Notes under the pieces: model-generated
Seen by the model: the letters and a program-made list of their open reading frames with translations, nothing else
Database searches by the model: none
What the model was told of the DNA's origin: nothing
From: Camelus ferus
Taxonomy: Eukaryota
Length of the DNA: 64,000 nucleotides
Assembly: GCF_009834535.1 (NCBI RefSeq)
Contig: NC_045697.1
Location: 15,812,001-15,876,000 of the forward strand
Direction of reading: 5' to 3'
Part shown: piece by piece, positions 22,161-34,430 of the stretch
Numbering within the stretch: the first letter of the stretch is position 1
Layout of the letters: each line of letters opens with the position of its first letter
Program-made: the position numbers and the translations under genes

Positions 22161-24784
22161 TAGTAATAGTAATAGTAACGATGAGGGCGATGATGCTGTT
22201 CTTTCTCCTGGCTGGATTCTCTCCCGCTCTGTACTGATAGGATCGTGTGCTCCTTTTACTGGGAGTGGTCACTTCTTCTTTGGACTGCAAATTAGAATTT
22301 ACTCCCTTCTTGCTCATTCTTGGCCAGTTCTACCGGCAGCTGCTGGGAGAGTTACTGTTCAACTACCCCTTCCACCACTGCAAGGATCACAAGTGCGGGA
22401 GGTCAACACGTGGTTTTGTTAAATCAACATGGCCTGGGACTTAAAAGCTGAGGTCACCCTGTCGCTTTGTGATTTTGAGAATCTCTGAACTTTTGGGCTA
22501 CCCTGGCCTTGAAAGTCTACAGAGCTGTTGGAAGTCATTGACACTCAGCAGGACTGAGGATTGAGCATGAATTGCATTTCTAAAAAAAACCCATCTATCT
22601 CTGTGATATATTATAAAACATCACTATGTATCTTTTTCCAGTGATTTTCAAAACACATTGTCTGTGTAGGTATCTTTGTTTTCAGACACCCTCTCTGGAG
22701 GAGCCCAGAGAAATAGCAGACTCCACCCTTTCCCCATCCCTCCCAGGCCCACGCCCCACCCCCACACAGAAATGGAGGTATTTTGACTCCGTCAAAGGCA
22801 CTGGCCAGAAAGGGCAGGACAGGGGCACTGGGCCTCCGAACATACTGATTATTCACTTGCATATTTCACCAGATCCGTAGCTTTTCCTTCTTCCTGTCTT
22901 TGTCCAAGTCCCTTCCACCTCCATGCTGGCCACTCCTCTCGCTATGGTTTTTAAGACAAGTTTAATGTAATCTTTTTAATATCAGAGTTGACTGTGTGGT
23001 GCCTTGAGCCTTTTGAAGGAAAGCACAATATAAATCTAATAAATAAATAATAAACAATAAATAAATAAATAAGCAGGGGGAAAATTATGTGCTTCAGGTG
23101 AGTTGTAAAGAACATTGTAAACCCTGTAAAAATGAATTTGTTAGTCGAAGAGACAGGGAAGAAAATGCAGATAATCATCATTCGTACAGAAGGGAGTCAG
23201 TCTCCTGCAGTATTTTCAAGTACAGAAACAGTCCCATGATTTTTAACCCTTTGTGGAGCCGACTGTGCCAGTGCTTTTGGCTGGAGGGAACATGAGGCAC
23301 AAAACAGCAGGAAGCTCAGTGGTATTTTGTTTACATCCTTGGTAGACCACAGAGGGACTATAAAAATAACATTTAGGACCTGATTCTACAGCTCTTAGGA
23401 GCTTATAACTCCCAGTGATTTCAGGGAAGGCTCTTAAGGGGTAGACATGCTCTGCAAAATCTCACAAATCCTAAGCAAAGTCTAAACTACCTGCTAACAC
23501 CTCCTGTTGGGATCTGAGTTTGTGGTTCTTAAGGAAGCAAAAGTCTCAGTTTTATGACTGCCATTATCAACCCTTGACACTGCACTGTATATCAATGTAA
23601 TGTTTATGCTTTGATTTAACGTTGACTTCGTTTTTATGTTGGTAGATATTGGGCTGGCCTCAAACTTTGACCATCTGTTTGCCTTGGTGTGGCAAAGATG
23701 AAATCCTATAGTTGAGGAACTTGGGGTTATTTTTGTAGTACACAAATGGGAACACAAACAAGGCAGCTGAATTCATTGGTTTTAGGCCCAGTTTGTAGTG
23801 ATTTTATTCAGGCTGTTTCTTCCCTGTTACCTTTTAAAAACTCAACTGGTCCATACAAACCTGAGCTAGAGGCACATTTTATCCACCTGCTGTAGGTGTC
23901 AGCACAGACCCCGTATTTCTCTAGACTACTTCCTGTTTGCTTTCTCCATTCAATTGATTTTAGCTGTGTACCTTGTTTCTACTAAACCCCTTGGAGTAAA
24001 CATCCCAGTTTGAGACTTGATCTCTTGGCTACCCTTGGTAATTTTCTAGAATGAGACTCATCAGATAGGTCTGCCCTTTGTGAGGACCACCTAAGAAAGG
24101 AGTGGGAACAGACTTAAAAGCATAGTCATTTAGTTCTTGATGTGTAAGGAAAAAGGAAGAAGAGAGGTGGGCATGTATCCATGAAATTTCTCATAGCTTA
24201 AAAGCTGAGATGACAGAAACTACCCTCATTTCTTTTCCCCAGTTAAAAATATGAGCTCCACAAAAACTCTATAGTTGTCCCCTATTTTGATTGTCCTGTG
24301 AAATTATGTAGGCATCATCGAACAAGTGCGGGCTTTGGCAGGGATGATATTCAGATATTCATTGGCTGATACACTGACCAGTCAGATGCTGGCAGTACAC
24401 AATGGGTTAGGCTAGACTGGCACCTGCATTGACTATTGAGAGTGGATGCCAGTTATAAGCACCTGGCATGGGACAGACTAGCATCAGCATCTTCACTGAC
24501 CATTAGGAGTAGAGGGGCTCTCACTAACTGATTTGACTAGCATGGCACCCACATTAACTAGTCAGAATGGGCGCCAGCTATAGTCAGGCCTTAGGGCCAC
24601 CCTTCCACGTACTGACTGAATTTCAGCTTTGGGCTTACGAGTGGGATACATCTGGAATATATCACATTCTACCTGTGAACTGCTGGAGAGTCAATCACTT
24701 AACTTCTTCAAGGTTTAGATTTCTCACCTGCAAAATTCCTAATGCTCATCTCTTTTTTTGAAATTTCGTTGGATAAGTATTGGA

Positions 24785-24818
<34 letters not shown>

Positions 24819-24956
24819 TTTTGTGCTTATTTGAATCTGTGTTGATTTCCTCCACTTTCTCTTCCAGAGTACTCATTTGGACATTAGTTTTGTTCATTCT
24901 ATTTTTCATCCCCACTATTGAATATTTAATTATGGCAATCATATTTTAAAGTTTTA

Positions 24957-25049
24957 GTCTGGACTTTTGAAAATGAAGGTACTGGGGATTGAACCCAGGA
25001 CCTCGTGCATGCTAAGCATACACTCTACCTCTGAGCTATAGCTTCCCCC
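24957..25049 (-). mobile_element. tRNA-derived SINE (vic-1-like, short tail)
   Basis: ggtactggggattgaacccaggacctcgtgcatgctaagc; near-perfect 15-bp TSD at 24942-24956 and 25050-25064. Confidence 0.85.
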
Positions 25050-25519
25050 TATTTTTAAGTTTTAAGAATGCATTCTTAATTCTTTAATTGCTTAATTTCC
25101 AGGAAGTCATGTTTTGTTTTTTTAAAAAAAATTAAGTTTTTTTCCTTTCTTGTATCACTTTGAAATCTTTGGGTTATTTGTTTATTTGGGTTCTTACCTT
25201 TCATGCTATTTGTTTTTGTCAAAAGGATGGTGATCCTTGAATATACATTTATGTTTCTGAATGAAAGAATATGTTGATATTAGTAGCTGAGCTAGGCTTC
25301 CTTTGAAAGTTAAGTAGTTCTATGAACTGAAACATCGCTGACTCTGTAAGCAGCAGGATTCTGTGTAAGCAGGTGGGACATGTTGACTGTCCGTCTTCTC
25401 CTAGAGGACCATGTGTGTGAGAGAAGGGAGCCAGGATTTGGGGAACCTCAACAATTGCCAGATAATGAGGACTTTTTAAAAAGTGTTTTTGCTTGCTTTT
25501 AAAAAATGTTTTTATTATG

Positions 25520-25958
25520 TCTTTCTTTTTCTTCAGTTTGAAATATAATTGATATACAGCACTGTATGAATTTAATGTGCAGTGTAATGACTTGAACTGT
25601 CAAATGATTACCACAGTAAGATTAATTAACATACATTATCTCCTTTAGATATTAAAAAAAAAGATAAAAAATAAAAGCTTTTTACTTGTGATGCAAATTT
25701 TTAGAATCTACTCTCTTAGCAACTTTCAAATATAGCACACAACAGTGTTCACTGTAGTCATCATGTTGTATGTGACATCCTCAGCATTTATTTCTCTTAT
25801 AACTGGAAGTTGTACCTTCTGACCACCTTCATCCAATTCCCCTTCCCCCACCTCCCATCTCTGGAAGGCACAAATTCTTTTTCTGTAAGTCTGGCTTTTT
25901 CTGTTCTCTTAGATTCCACATGTAAATGAGACCATACGGTATTTGACTTTCTCTGACC
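25520..25958 (-). mobile_element. L1 3'UTR fragment (L1MA-like)
   Basis: ttgaaatataattgatatacagcactgta...atctactctcttagcaactttcaaatata...agattccacatgtaaatgagaccatacggtatttg. Confidence 0.85.
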
Positions 25959-28014
25959 GTTTGTTTTTGACTTTTGTTTCCCATCCCCACTCCCCTTTAA
26001 GTCTGTGTTTTGTTCTAGAGCTTGTTCGACTTTTCTTGATTGTCTCTGTACCCTTGAGAGGAATCCTTTCCTGTCAGCTCTTTCAGCTTTTGTTAAGCAT
26101 TTCTTGGGACTTCCACATGGAGTGAAGGCAGCACCAACAGCTCTGCTTCTGGCAGACGGGAACCAACTAGGCCAGCAGTACGCCAGATAATCCTTTAATT
26201 AATTACTGATGATTGCTCTGAGGCTGCTCCACTCTCTGCAGTGGTGACCCGCAGATTCTCCAGGGTAACCCCTCTTAATCCTACTAGCCGTCTTCAGAGC
26301 GTGAATTTATGCTGCAATTCTTTGCTTTAATTTCTCAGACAATTCAGTCCTATTTTCTTTCTATTTGCCAGAAATACTTTAGTCATTGTGGTATTCTTTG
26401 GGGGCTTTTTTTTTTTTTTTTTTTTTTGGTTTGGTTTTGTTTTCAGCTCTGTTGTGAATCCTTTCTTTAAAAAATGTACTGTCATTTCAATGGGGTTGTG
26501 AGGGAGAGGAAATAACTATGTACTCTCCATTCCCCATCCTGAACTGGAAGTCCTTATTAACATATATTTATATAACAAAAGTGCTTTATAAACCATGTGG
26601 TATTATTCAAAATTAACAAATGAATTCCCTCCTCTTCTTCTTGCCCTTTTCATCCTCCTCATTATCACTAACACATCCAGCTTCTGGAAATTTTCTCGTC
26701 CTATGCTTTTTAGAAAGAGGATGAGATAACATGGAGCCGAGAATTTCAGACTATGAAACAAGAGAGTGAAATATTCAGACAGTGTGAGGACAGTCAAAGT
26801 GGAAGAAGGATGCTATGACCAGGAAAGGCTGTATGTCGAGATGCCTGCCTCTAGGGTCGGCTACCCTAAGCTGTTTACACTTCTCGTCATTTCTTACCTC
26901 CCTTTATTCTGGACACACAGATTCTCCATGTACCAACTTTCACAGTACCTCAGTCAGATTCATGGGCAGTGCTGAAAGGTTACCTGTTGCCATGGCAGTT
27001 GGCACATGCGGGTTATTTATTGATAACAGTCTGCCTGCCTGTGTATTCTTTTCTATCAGTAAAGTTCTAGATGCAGAATAGATGCCTATCACATATTTTT
27101 AGGAAAAAAAGCTTTATTTGTACTACGACAGTACTACAGAATAACTGTAGAACATTTAAAAGATAAAAACAAGCAAAAAAAAAAAATCAACCAGGGAGAT
27201 ATTTTCAGATTTTGAGTATGCACCTCTGTCTTTTTCTATACATTCACAGACTTTCATGGTATCACACACTGTTGTTCACCCTAATAGGAACGTTCTGGAA
27301 AAGGTTTTGGTTTCTGTAAGACGCAAATATCCTCATAAACTGTAACACGTCTGTCTCTTATTTCATTTTCTGGTGCCCTTTCTCCCTTTTCTATTTCTGT
27401 ACACATGGATGTTACATAGAAAGCTAAACGTGAGTCAATATATTCAACTTTGAAAGACAAAAGAAAATTTGCTGCATCTCAATCATTTGTTTGGAGCAGG
27501 GTGCTATGTACTGTCCTGCACTTCCGTACATAAATTAATTTGTCACCGCCAAATTCATCAGTTAAGGTAGGACATATATTTACTTGGATGAGTATGTGCC
27601 AGTGTTGTACTGAAAAAAAAAAAAAAGAGGCGTTACTTGTACTGTTCCTTCCTGGGCCTGCCCATCTGGTAGGAGTTGCTTTCCAGGTAAGTTCACTGAA
27701 GCACAAGCTTAAGGGAGTCTTTAAAAATTATCAGGTCGTCACACAGTACCCAAGACAGAAATACGGAGCTCATGCTCGCCCCTTCCTCTTACTCTCTCCT
27801 TTAGCTAACCGATTACTTCTCATTCTGTCTCTGCTAAACCTCTTGGTCGCACCTTTTTCCTCTGTTACTACTCCCCTTCCCTGGCCTGGGGACTCACCAT
27901 CTCTTGTCGTCTTAAACTCCCCTTCCCTCCCTTCACTCTCATCCAGTCTCCCCTGTACTTTGCTTCTAGCATGGTCTTTTAGAATTCTGACCACTTCGTT
28001 TTATTTCTTGAGAG

Positions 28015-28230
28015 ACAGCATGAGCGTTGAAATCAGACAGACTAGGTTTGAACCCTGACTCCACCACTTACCAGCTGTGTGCCCTTCGGGGGGCATCTAA
28101 GCTTCGCATGCCTCATTGTCTCGTTTGTAAACTGGGAACAGTAAAGGTGCCTCTCTTGGGGTTGTCGTAAATATTAAATGTGTTTAGGAACATCAGATTT
28201 TCTGTATGTGTTCAATAAATTTGAACAATT
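28015..28230 (+). mobile_element. MIR SINE within L2 relic sequence
   Basis: tcagacagactaggtttgaaccctgactccaccacttaccagctgtgtg. Confidence 0.75.
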
Positions 28231-30649
28231 ATTTAAACTTTTTAAAAATTGTCTTTCTACAGAATAATTTCAAAACTTATTGCATGGCATAAAAAAAATT
28301 TGTAATTTTACCTTTGTAATTTTACATGCCCAGTTTCATCTCTTGTTTCTTCTTCATTTGTGTCTTATTCTTTGACCAAAAATGAAACACAGGTCATTCT
28401 CTAAATGTGCCATGACCTTCATGTACCGTTGCACGCACTGTTCCCTCTGCTTGAGTGCATACCTGACTTTTGGCATGAGCGCAGACCAGCAGAGGACAAA
28501 GATCCAGGCTTCCTAACTTCCAGGCTGCATCTTTTTTTCCTGCAGCACACTCCACTGCCTCTTTCATCTTCATCCTTCATGCTACTGTTCTGAGTGTGCT
28601 TTATGAACTGGGGAGAGACAGTAAGGGGCTGGGAGTGAGGAGTGGCAAATGAAACCCCCCAAAGAAGTTTTTAGTATATATGAACAATTTATTTTGATAT
28701 CAACTATTTGGAACAACATGGACAATATGTCCTTTGACCTGGGGACATTTAGATGTAACTCCATGCTTTTAAAGACGTCTAACGTTATGAGAGGTATTGA
28801 TATGACTATTGCGGCTAAGTGTTGGTATTTGGGATGGCCCGGGAGCAGCTGGGGCCCCCTTGTTTTCCTTCTACTATGCTGTGCGGGCCTCTGCCTTGAG
28901 GTGCCCTAAACAGGCTGAGCATTTCTGTTTTGGCCTTGGATCTTTCTCAAGGTGCCTGCCCTTCCTTTCATTAGTGTGAGTAATCAGAGTTTGATTGTAA
29001 AGTATGCCCGGGCCAGATACAAGGGCTTTTAAAATTGGCTGCTGTTTTAGATTATCCAGGCCACTGATCCCCCTTCCTTAGCATGGATAATTGAGAGTGG
29101 ACCGGGCTGAAGAGTGTTAAGCAGAATCAATTGACAAAATAAATGAGATTTTAAAAAATCCTTTACATTTTAATAATAGAAAAAAAAAAAACAAGCTAGA
29201 TTTTCTTCTTTTTTTTTTTAAACTAAAAGGGCCTATTTTATATTTTGAAACTGTAAATTCATTTGGTTTTAAGTTGATTCAAATTAGAAAAGTATTTCCT
29301 ATGATGCACCCGTTTAAAGCCTATTTAAAATGTATACTAATCGTTTGTATCCTAAATATGTACTGAATGGAGTTAGGGGAAACACGGAAAATACAGACAA
29401 GAAGTTGGGCTGTTTCAGATTCAATGTCAAATCCTCTTATTACCATGTTTATGTTTCAACTAGATAGTGAGGAGAGGGGTGGGAGTTACTTCGAATTCTG
29501 AAAATTTCTCTCTTGAAAGAGGAGGCTATAATTCTTTGTCCCTAATGAGCAATAACCACGTGGAGAAGGGCAACTCTTGAATGTTTGTGTAAGATGAACA
29601 GGATTCTGATTTCTGGAAATACCCGATCTCAGTCTCCTCTCATTTTCATCCTTTCATCTTTCCTCATGCGTCCCTGAATGCAGGGAGAAATGAATTTACA
29701 TGTCACCTGACTGGGAATTTAGAGGACATGCTCTCAAAGGAACAATCTTGTAAATAGGGGTTGGTGTCGCTGAATGCCCTTCAGGTGTGTAATGAGATAA
29801 ATAGATTTTTGGGGGTTGGCCTGGGAATAATATAAGAGGCAATGGTGAGTGTCTGGGCAGGTGACTCGTAAACATGGTTTTTGAAACATTACCCATTTTT
29901 ATATTGGGAATTGCCAAGCTAAGGCTTAAAGTCTCCCACAACACCCATGAATAATCATTTAAATACAGGCCCTGAGACTTGGGGAAAAAATGCATTATTT
30001 ACTCTAAAGACAATACTCTTCCTTTGGAGTCACTGTAGTCCATCATACAGGCGCACACTGGGTGATCTTTGAAAGAGCAGTATTTCCTCTTGGTGGCCCA
30101 TGCCTTCATAGATCCTATGAATTATTATCCAGGTCGAGCTGGCAGGCTCAGGTTAGGGATGCCCATCAGCCACTCTGCTCCAGCGCGTGGGAGACCAAGG
30201 CTCTTTCACAGGGTGGAGTACTGCAGAGTGGCTTTGGCCACTGCTTATTGTGTTTGTGTGAAGAGTAAGATGGCGACGAGGACTCTAGTGTGTCCTCTGG
30301 TTCCTCGTAGCACCAAGAAACTGGCAAAGTAGGCAAGCCATACCTTCTGGTTGCCCAGCTGATCTGACAAAAGGAGAACAGAGGAGTTCTCAGCATAGAA
30401 ACTATACAGACATTCTCCAGGGTCATCCCAGTGAACTCTCTGTGGCTCAGAGAGAGACTGGATACAACTATACTAAAACTATAGTTTAGCTGGCTTGCTG
30501 TTTGAGGGTGGTTTTTCTCCTGGTTGGAGAGAAATTATGGAGGAAGATTCAGAAAAGGCGTATCTCCAGGTTGTACTTGGAGGCCTGGGTTCCCTGGCAT
30601 GAATTAGTAATTAAATTGAATGGATATTTACTTGAATTAGTACTATGTA

Positions 30650-31950
30650 GTTCATCCCAATTGGATATTTATTTACTGTGGGTACTAGAGTCTGGAGGTA
30701 TAAAAGGTAAATGAAACCATCATTTTAATCCAGCATTCTAGTGAGGGAGAGGGGCAGACGCATGGCTGCGATATGATGTGACAACTCTAACCGTAGAACA
30801 AACAAAATAGTTTTGGAACAAAGGAGGGGGGGGGAGATACAAGAATAAAGTTGGGGAGGATTGTATGGGCATCTAAATCAGGCTTTTAAGGGAAAGTTTG
30901 TTTTGTTTTCCTGGGAAAGACACAAGGAGGGGCATATTAGCAGAGAAAACCTTTTGAATCAAGGCACACAAGTATGAATGCTTATGTTATGTTTGGGTAA
31001 TATTATAGTCACCTCTAGTAAAGTAGGTAAATGATTTTGAATTCTCATACTTTAGAATCTATTCGAATCACCTGGAGTTCTTGTTAAAAATATAGATTTC
31101 TGGGGTCTCATACCAGGTTAGGTAATAATGATATTTACAGATGGGACCCAGGAATTTACATTTATTTTTTTAAGTGCTCTGTATGATTGTGCTTAATTTG
31201 GCCCATGCTTTGAGAAAGCATGCTACAGGCTATGATTTCCGATGAGAGGGTGAATGGCAGGACCTGAAGCTAGGGAGGTAGGATAGGTCCATGTCGTGAT
31301 GCAGATAAGGAACCAGGTTAAGGAGTTGGTACTGGGATCATGAGTGGTAGGTTCTTGGTAGCCATAATATATTCTGCAGCACAGGGAGTATATGATCAAG
31401 TCTGCATATTAGGAGAGTTTTGACAGCAGTGCGGAGGATGCCCTGAAGGAACGAGGTGGGGAAGCAAAGGGACAGCTTGCTAGTCTATTGCAGTCGATGA
31501 GGCAGATGATGACGAAGGCCTGAATTTGGGTGGCAGGGACAGAAAGGAGAAAAAAGCAGAAAGAGACATCATGGAGGGAGACCCTAAAGGATATGTTCAT
31601 GAATACAGTGTAGGACGGGAAGGAAATAGGAGGAAGACAAAGGGGACTTGTGATAATAGTTTACGTAAGTTTTTGGCTGCTGTTGCTATGAATAGAAATA
31701 AAATACACAGGAGAGGGAGCAGGTTTGGAGTTTGTTTGGTAGAAATATAATTGGTTCAGTTTGGGTTTGAGAATCATTTAGGGTATTTAAATGGAAACGC
31801 CGGGAAGTGACTGGAGATGCATATCTCCATTTTGGGTTAGATTTCCCAATAGTTAGCAATGTAGAGCTGATGGTTCAGGTGATAAAAGATAGAATGCTTG
31901 AAATAGGGCTGTAGACGGAGACAAAAAAGGACGAAGTGGCAAAGTCAGGA
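30650..31950 (-). mobile_element. Fragmented L2 relic interrupted by MER5A
   Basis: Antisense L2-like segments such as gagtatatgatcaagtctgcatatttagg and ggcagatgatgacgaaggcctgaatt. Confidence 0.55.
31030..31225. mobile_element. MER5A-like hAT-Charlie MITE
   Basis: gaatcacctggagttcttgttaaaaatatagatttctggg...gggacccaggaatttacatt...ctttgagaa. Confidence 0.75.
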
Positions 31951-33650
31951 TTAAGTGCTGTCAAAGAATTCAAAAGACTCCGAAGAGCCCACAAGGAACT
32001 GACATTCTTCCTGAATATGAGAATGACCAGAACAAACTAGGAATCTTCTAGTCCAGTGGCTTTAAAACATTTTTAAGTGCAGCAGAACTCGGTTTTCAAA
32101 GAAACTCTAACTCAGAGCTTTAATAAAACAGATACAGATGGAGTTTCTCTGGTTGAAGGGAAGGGTGGGGAGAACCTGTGTCCATCCACCCAGTGTTCCC
32201 CTCATTACTGCTGCTTTCTCGCGTGCCAACTCCTGACTCCTCTCCAGGGAACATGGTTTTTAAAACATCGATGAACGTTCCTTATTTTGTAGAGGCTGGA
32301 GGATGATCGACATGGTCAATATCATGAGTGACAGAGGGGGAACATGATAGGATAAGGTCCACAAGAAAGAAAGCAACAAAAGGCAACATGGAACTCAGAG
32401 CCAGCCGAGTGATGCCAACAACAAGTGGTTTCAAGGTTGAGGAGTATGGTTAATATTCTGAGTTGTAACATTCAGGGAAGGGGTTGTGGAAGTGGTAGAT
32501 TTTGAGAGGCTAAGAAAATATTTAGGGATTCAGTTTCTTGCCCATTTAAGAGTCAGAGCTAAAGGTTCGTGCTGGTTTAGAGAAAGTTAGAAAGTGGGTC
32601 TTTCCAGTTTTTACAAAATTGAGGCACTTGTCATATATGTTGCATCACAATTATTGCTCAGACCCCATCCAGATTCCAGTAGAAGCAGAATTTTAATGAT
32701 GAGACAAGCTGACGAGTCAGTGAGGGGCAACAGTAACTTTCCTTTCATGCTGGAGGGTCTTTGGAAGGGACAACCTATTTGGGAGTGATGTCTTGATAAC
32801 TTGTCTTAAAGTTCTATTTGCAAGGCAGGTGTGCTTTTCTTATTAGGATGCATATTTATGTAAGAAGACTCTTTTGGGAGGTTGCTGACAGAAGACACCT
32901 TTATACTGCCAACTGGCATACAGTAGAAACCATTTGTAGCAACTACAATCATTCTTTTACATGGAAACTCCAGAATACTCTCTATTCAGGGAGTTGTTTT
33001 AAGACATTAGCAGAAATCTGCCAAGACTGAAGACTGACCCAGTGATTCCTGGGGGACCTTGAAGAGAGTCAATTAGTTTATGAGTCAGAGGAACCTCAGA
33101 GTACTCTAAATGGCTTGTGCTGCCATTGGAAAGTTCTGTTCTGGAATTAGCAAGCTGCTACAATTTCCAAGCTGGTATCTTTTCTTAGAAAGACACTTAT
33201 GGGATATAAATCCTTTTAAGTGCATTTTATTATACCAATTGTTTTCTTTAGAAAAAGCTGATTAGTTTTCAGAAAGTTCAAGTAAGAATACAATTTCTTA
33301 CAAAAGTCTTAACTTACTACATTTATTATTTTGTGTATAATTATAACTATGTAATAACTATCCAGAAAAATTGTGCTGTGAAATATTAATACAGAGAAGT
33401 GATATAATGTAGGAGTCACTGGCACCAGTGCTTCTACACTTCACTGGCTTAGGAAAAACAAGAGTTCAAATTTGACTTTCACATGTCATGTGGTCTTGTT
33501 TTTGTTACTTAACCTTTTAAAGACTTACTTCCCTCAGGTGAGCAATATCTATATTTTGGAGGTTATTGGGAGTAGTACATGAAGTAATTTAGGCAATCTC
33601 TTAGCACAGGGCCTGATATTTTTTAAAAGAACTCAATAAATGTTAGTCCT

Positions 33651-33790
33651 TATCGTCGTTATCTTCACTACTGTCATGACTACCACCATCATCATCACCA
33701 GCATCACCACCACAACCATCACCATCACCATCATCACCATTAATGTTATCACCATCACCATCACTGTTATCACCATCACCATCATCATTG
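33651..33790. repeat. (CAT/CAC)n compound trinucleotide repeat
   Basis: accaccatcatcatcaccagcatcaccaccacaaccatcaccatcaccatcatcacc, following a MIR 3' end. Confidence 0.9.
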
Positions 33791-33801
33791 CAATCAGGTG
33801 A

Positions 33802-34252
33802 TGTGTTAGTCTGGGTCCTCCAAGAAGCAGATGCCAGGATGCGATTAAATATGCAAGAAATTTATTAGGGGGAAATGCCCAAGAGAGAAACTGAAGTGGG
33901 AGCTGGGAGAGGCTGGGATGCAGGTCTGATGAGTAAAGGAGTGAGGGAAGGAAGAAGGGAAGTTAGAGTGAAGCATTTAGACTTAAGTGCGGCTCAAAGA
34001 ATGTTCACAAAGGTCTCTGGGGAGTCCTTGATCCAAAGTCGCCTGTCAGAAGAGTCCTACATCTTCCTGGTCCAGGCTTGTAACACTATCCTTGCCACAT
34101 TCATTAGTGACTGGGATCAGCCTGGCGAAGTGTGCCTCACAGCCAAATCCTGCACACGCAATGGAATTCAGGGCTCAGCAGCTGGGGCCCTCAGTCAATT
34201 ACACTCCCTGAGATTGGGGGTTTGCAAAGTATGTTCTTATGGTGGTCACACT
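33802..34252 (-). mobile_element. MaLR LTR (MLT1I-like)
   Basis: tgtgttagtctgggtcctccaagaagcagatgccaggatgcgattaaatatgcaagaaatttattaggggg. Confidence 0.7.
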
Positions 34253-34344
34253 TGTGAGTAATTTATAAATCTTCCAAATTTTTGGTATTTTATTAATTTT
34301 TTTGTATGTCAATCATTTATTTTATTTTTTTGAACAATATAATA

Positions 34345-34430
34345 TTTTTAATTGATTTATAATCATTTTACAATATTGTGTCAAATTCCAGTGTAGAGCA
34401 CAATTTTTCAGTTATACATGAACATATATA
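34345..34430 (-). mobile_element. Very short L1 3'-end fragment
   Basis: tttacaatattgtgtcaaattccagtgtagagcacaatttttcagttatacat. Confidence 0.7.

Noticed and set aside
27540..28058. Longest ORF in the track (172 aa)
   Set aside because: Low-complexity Leu/Ser/Pro composition, overlaps L2 and MIR relics, non-ATG start, no domain.
33651..33790. Poly-His coding stretch
   Set aside because: Simple trinucleotide repeat at a MIR end with no exon context.
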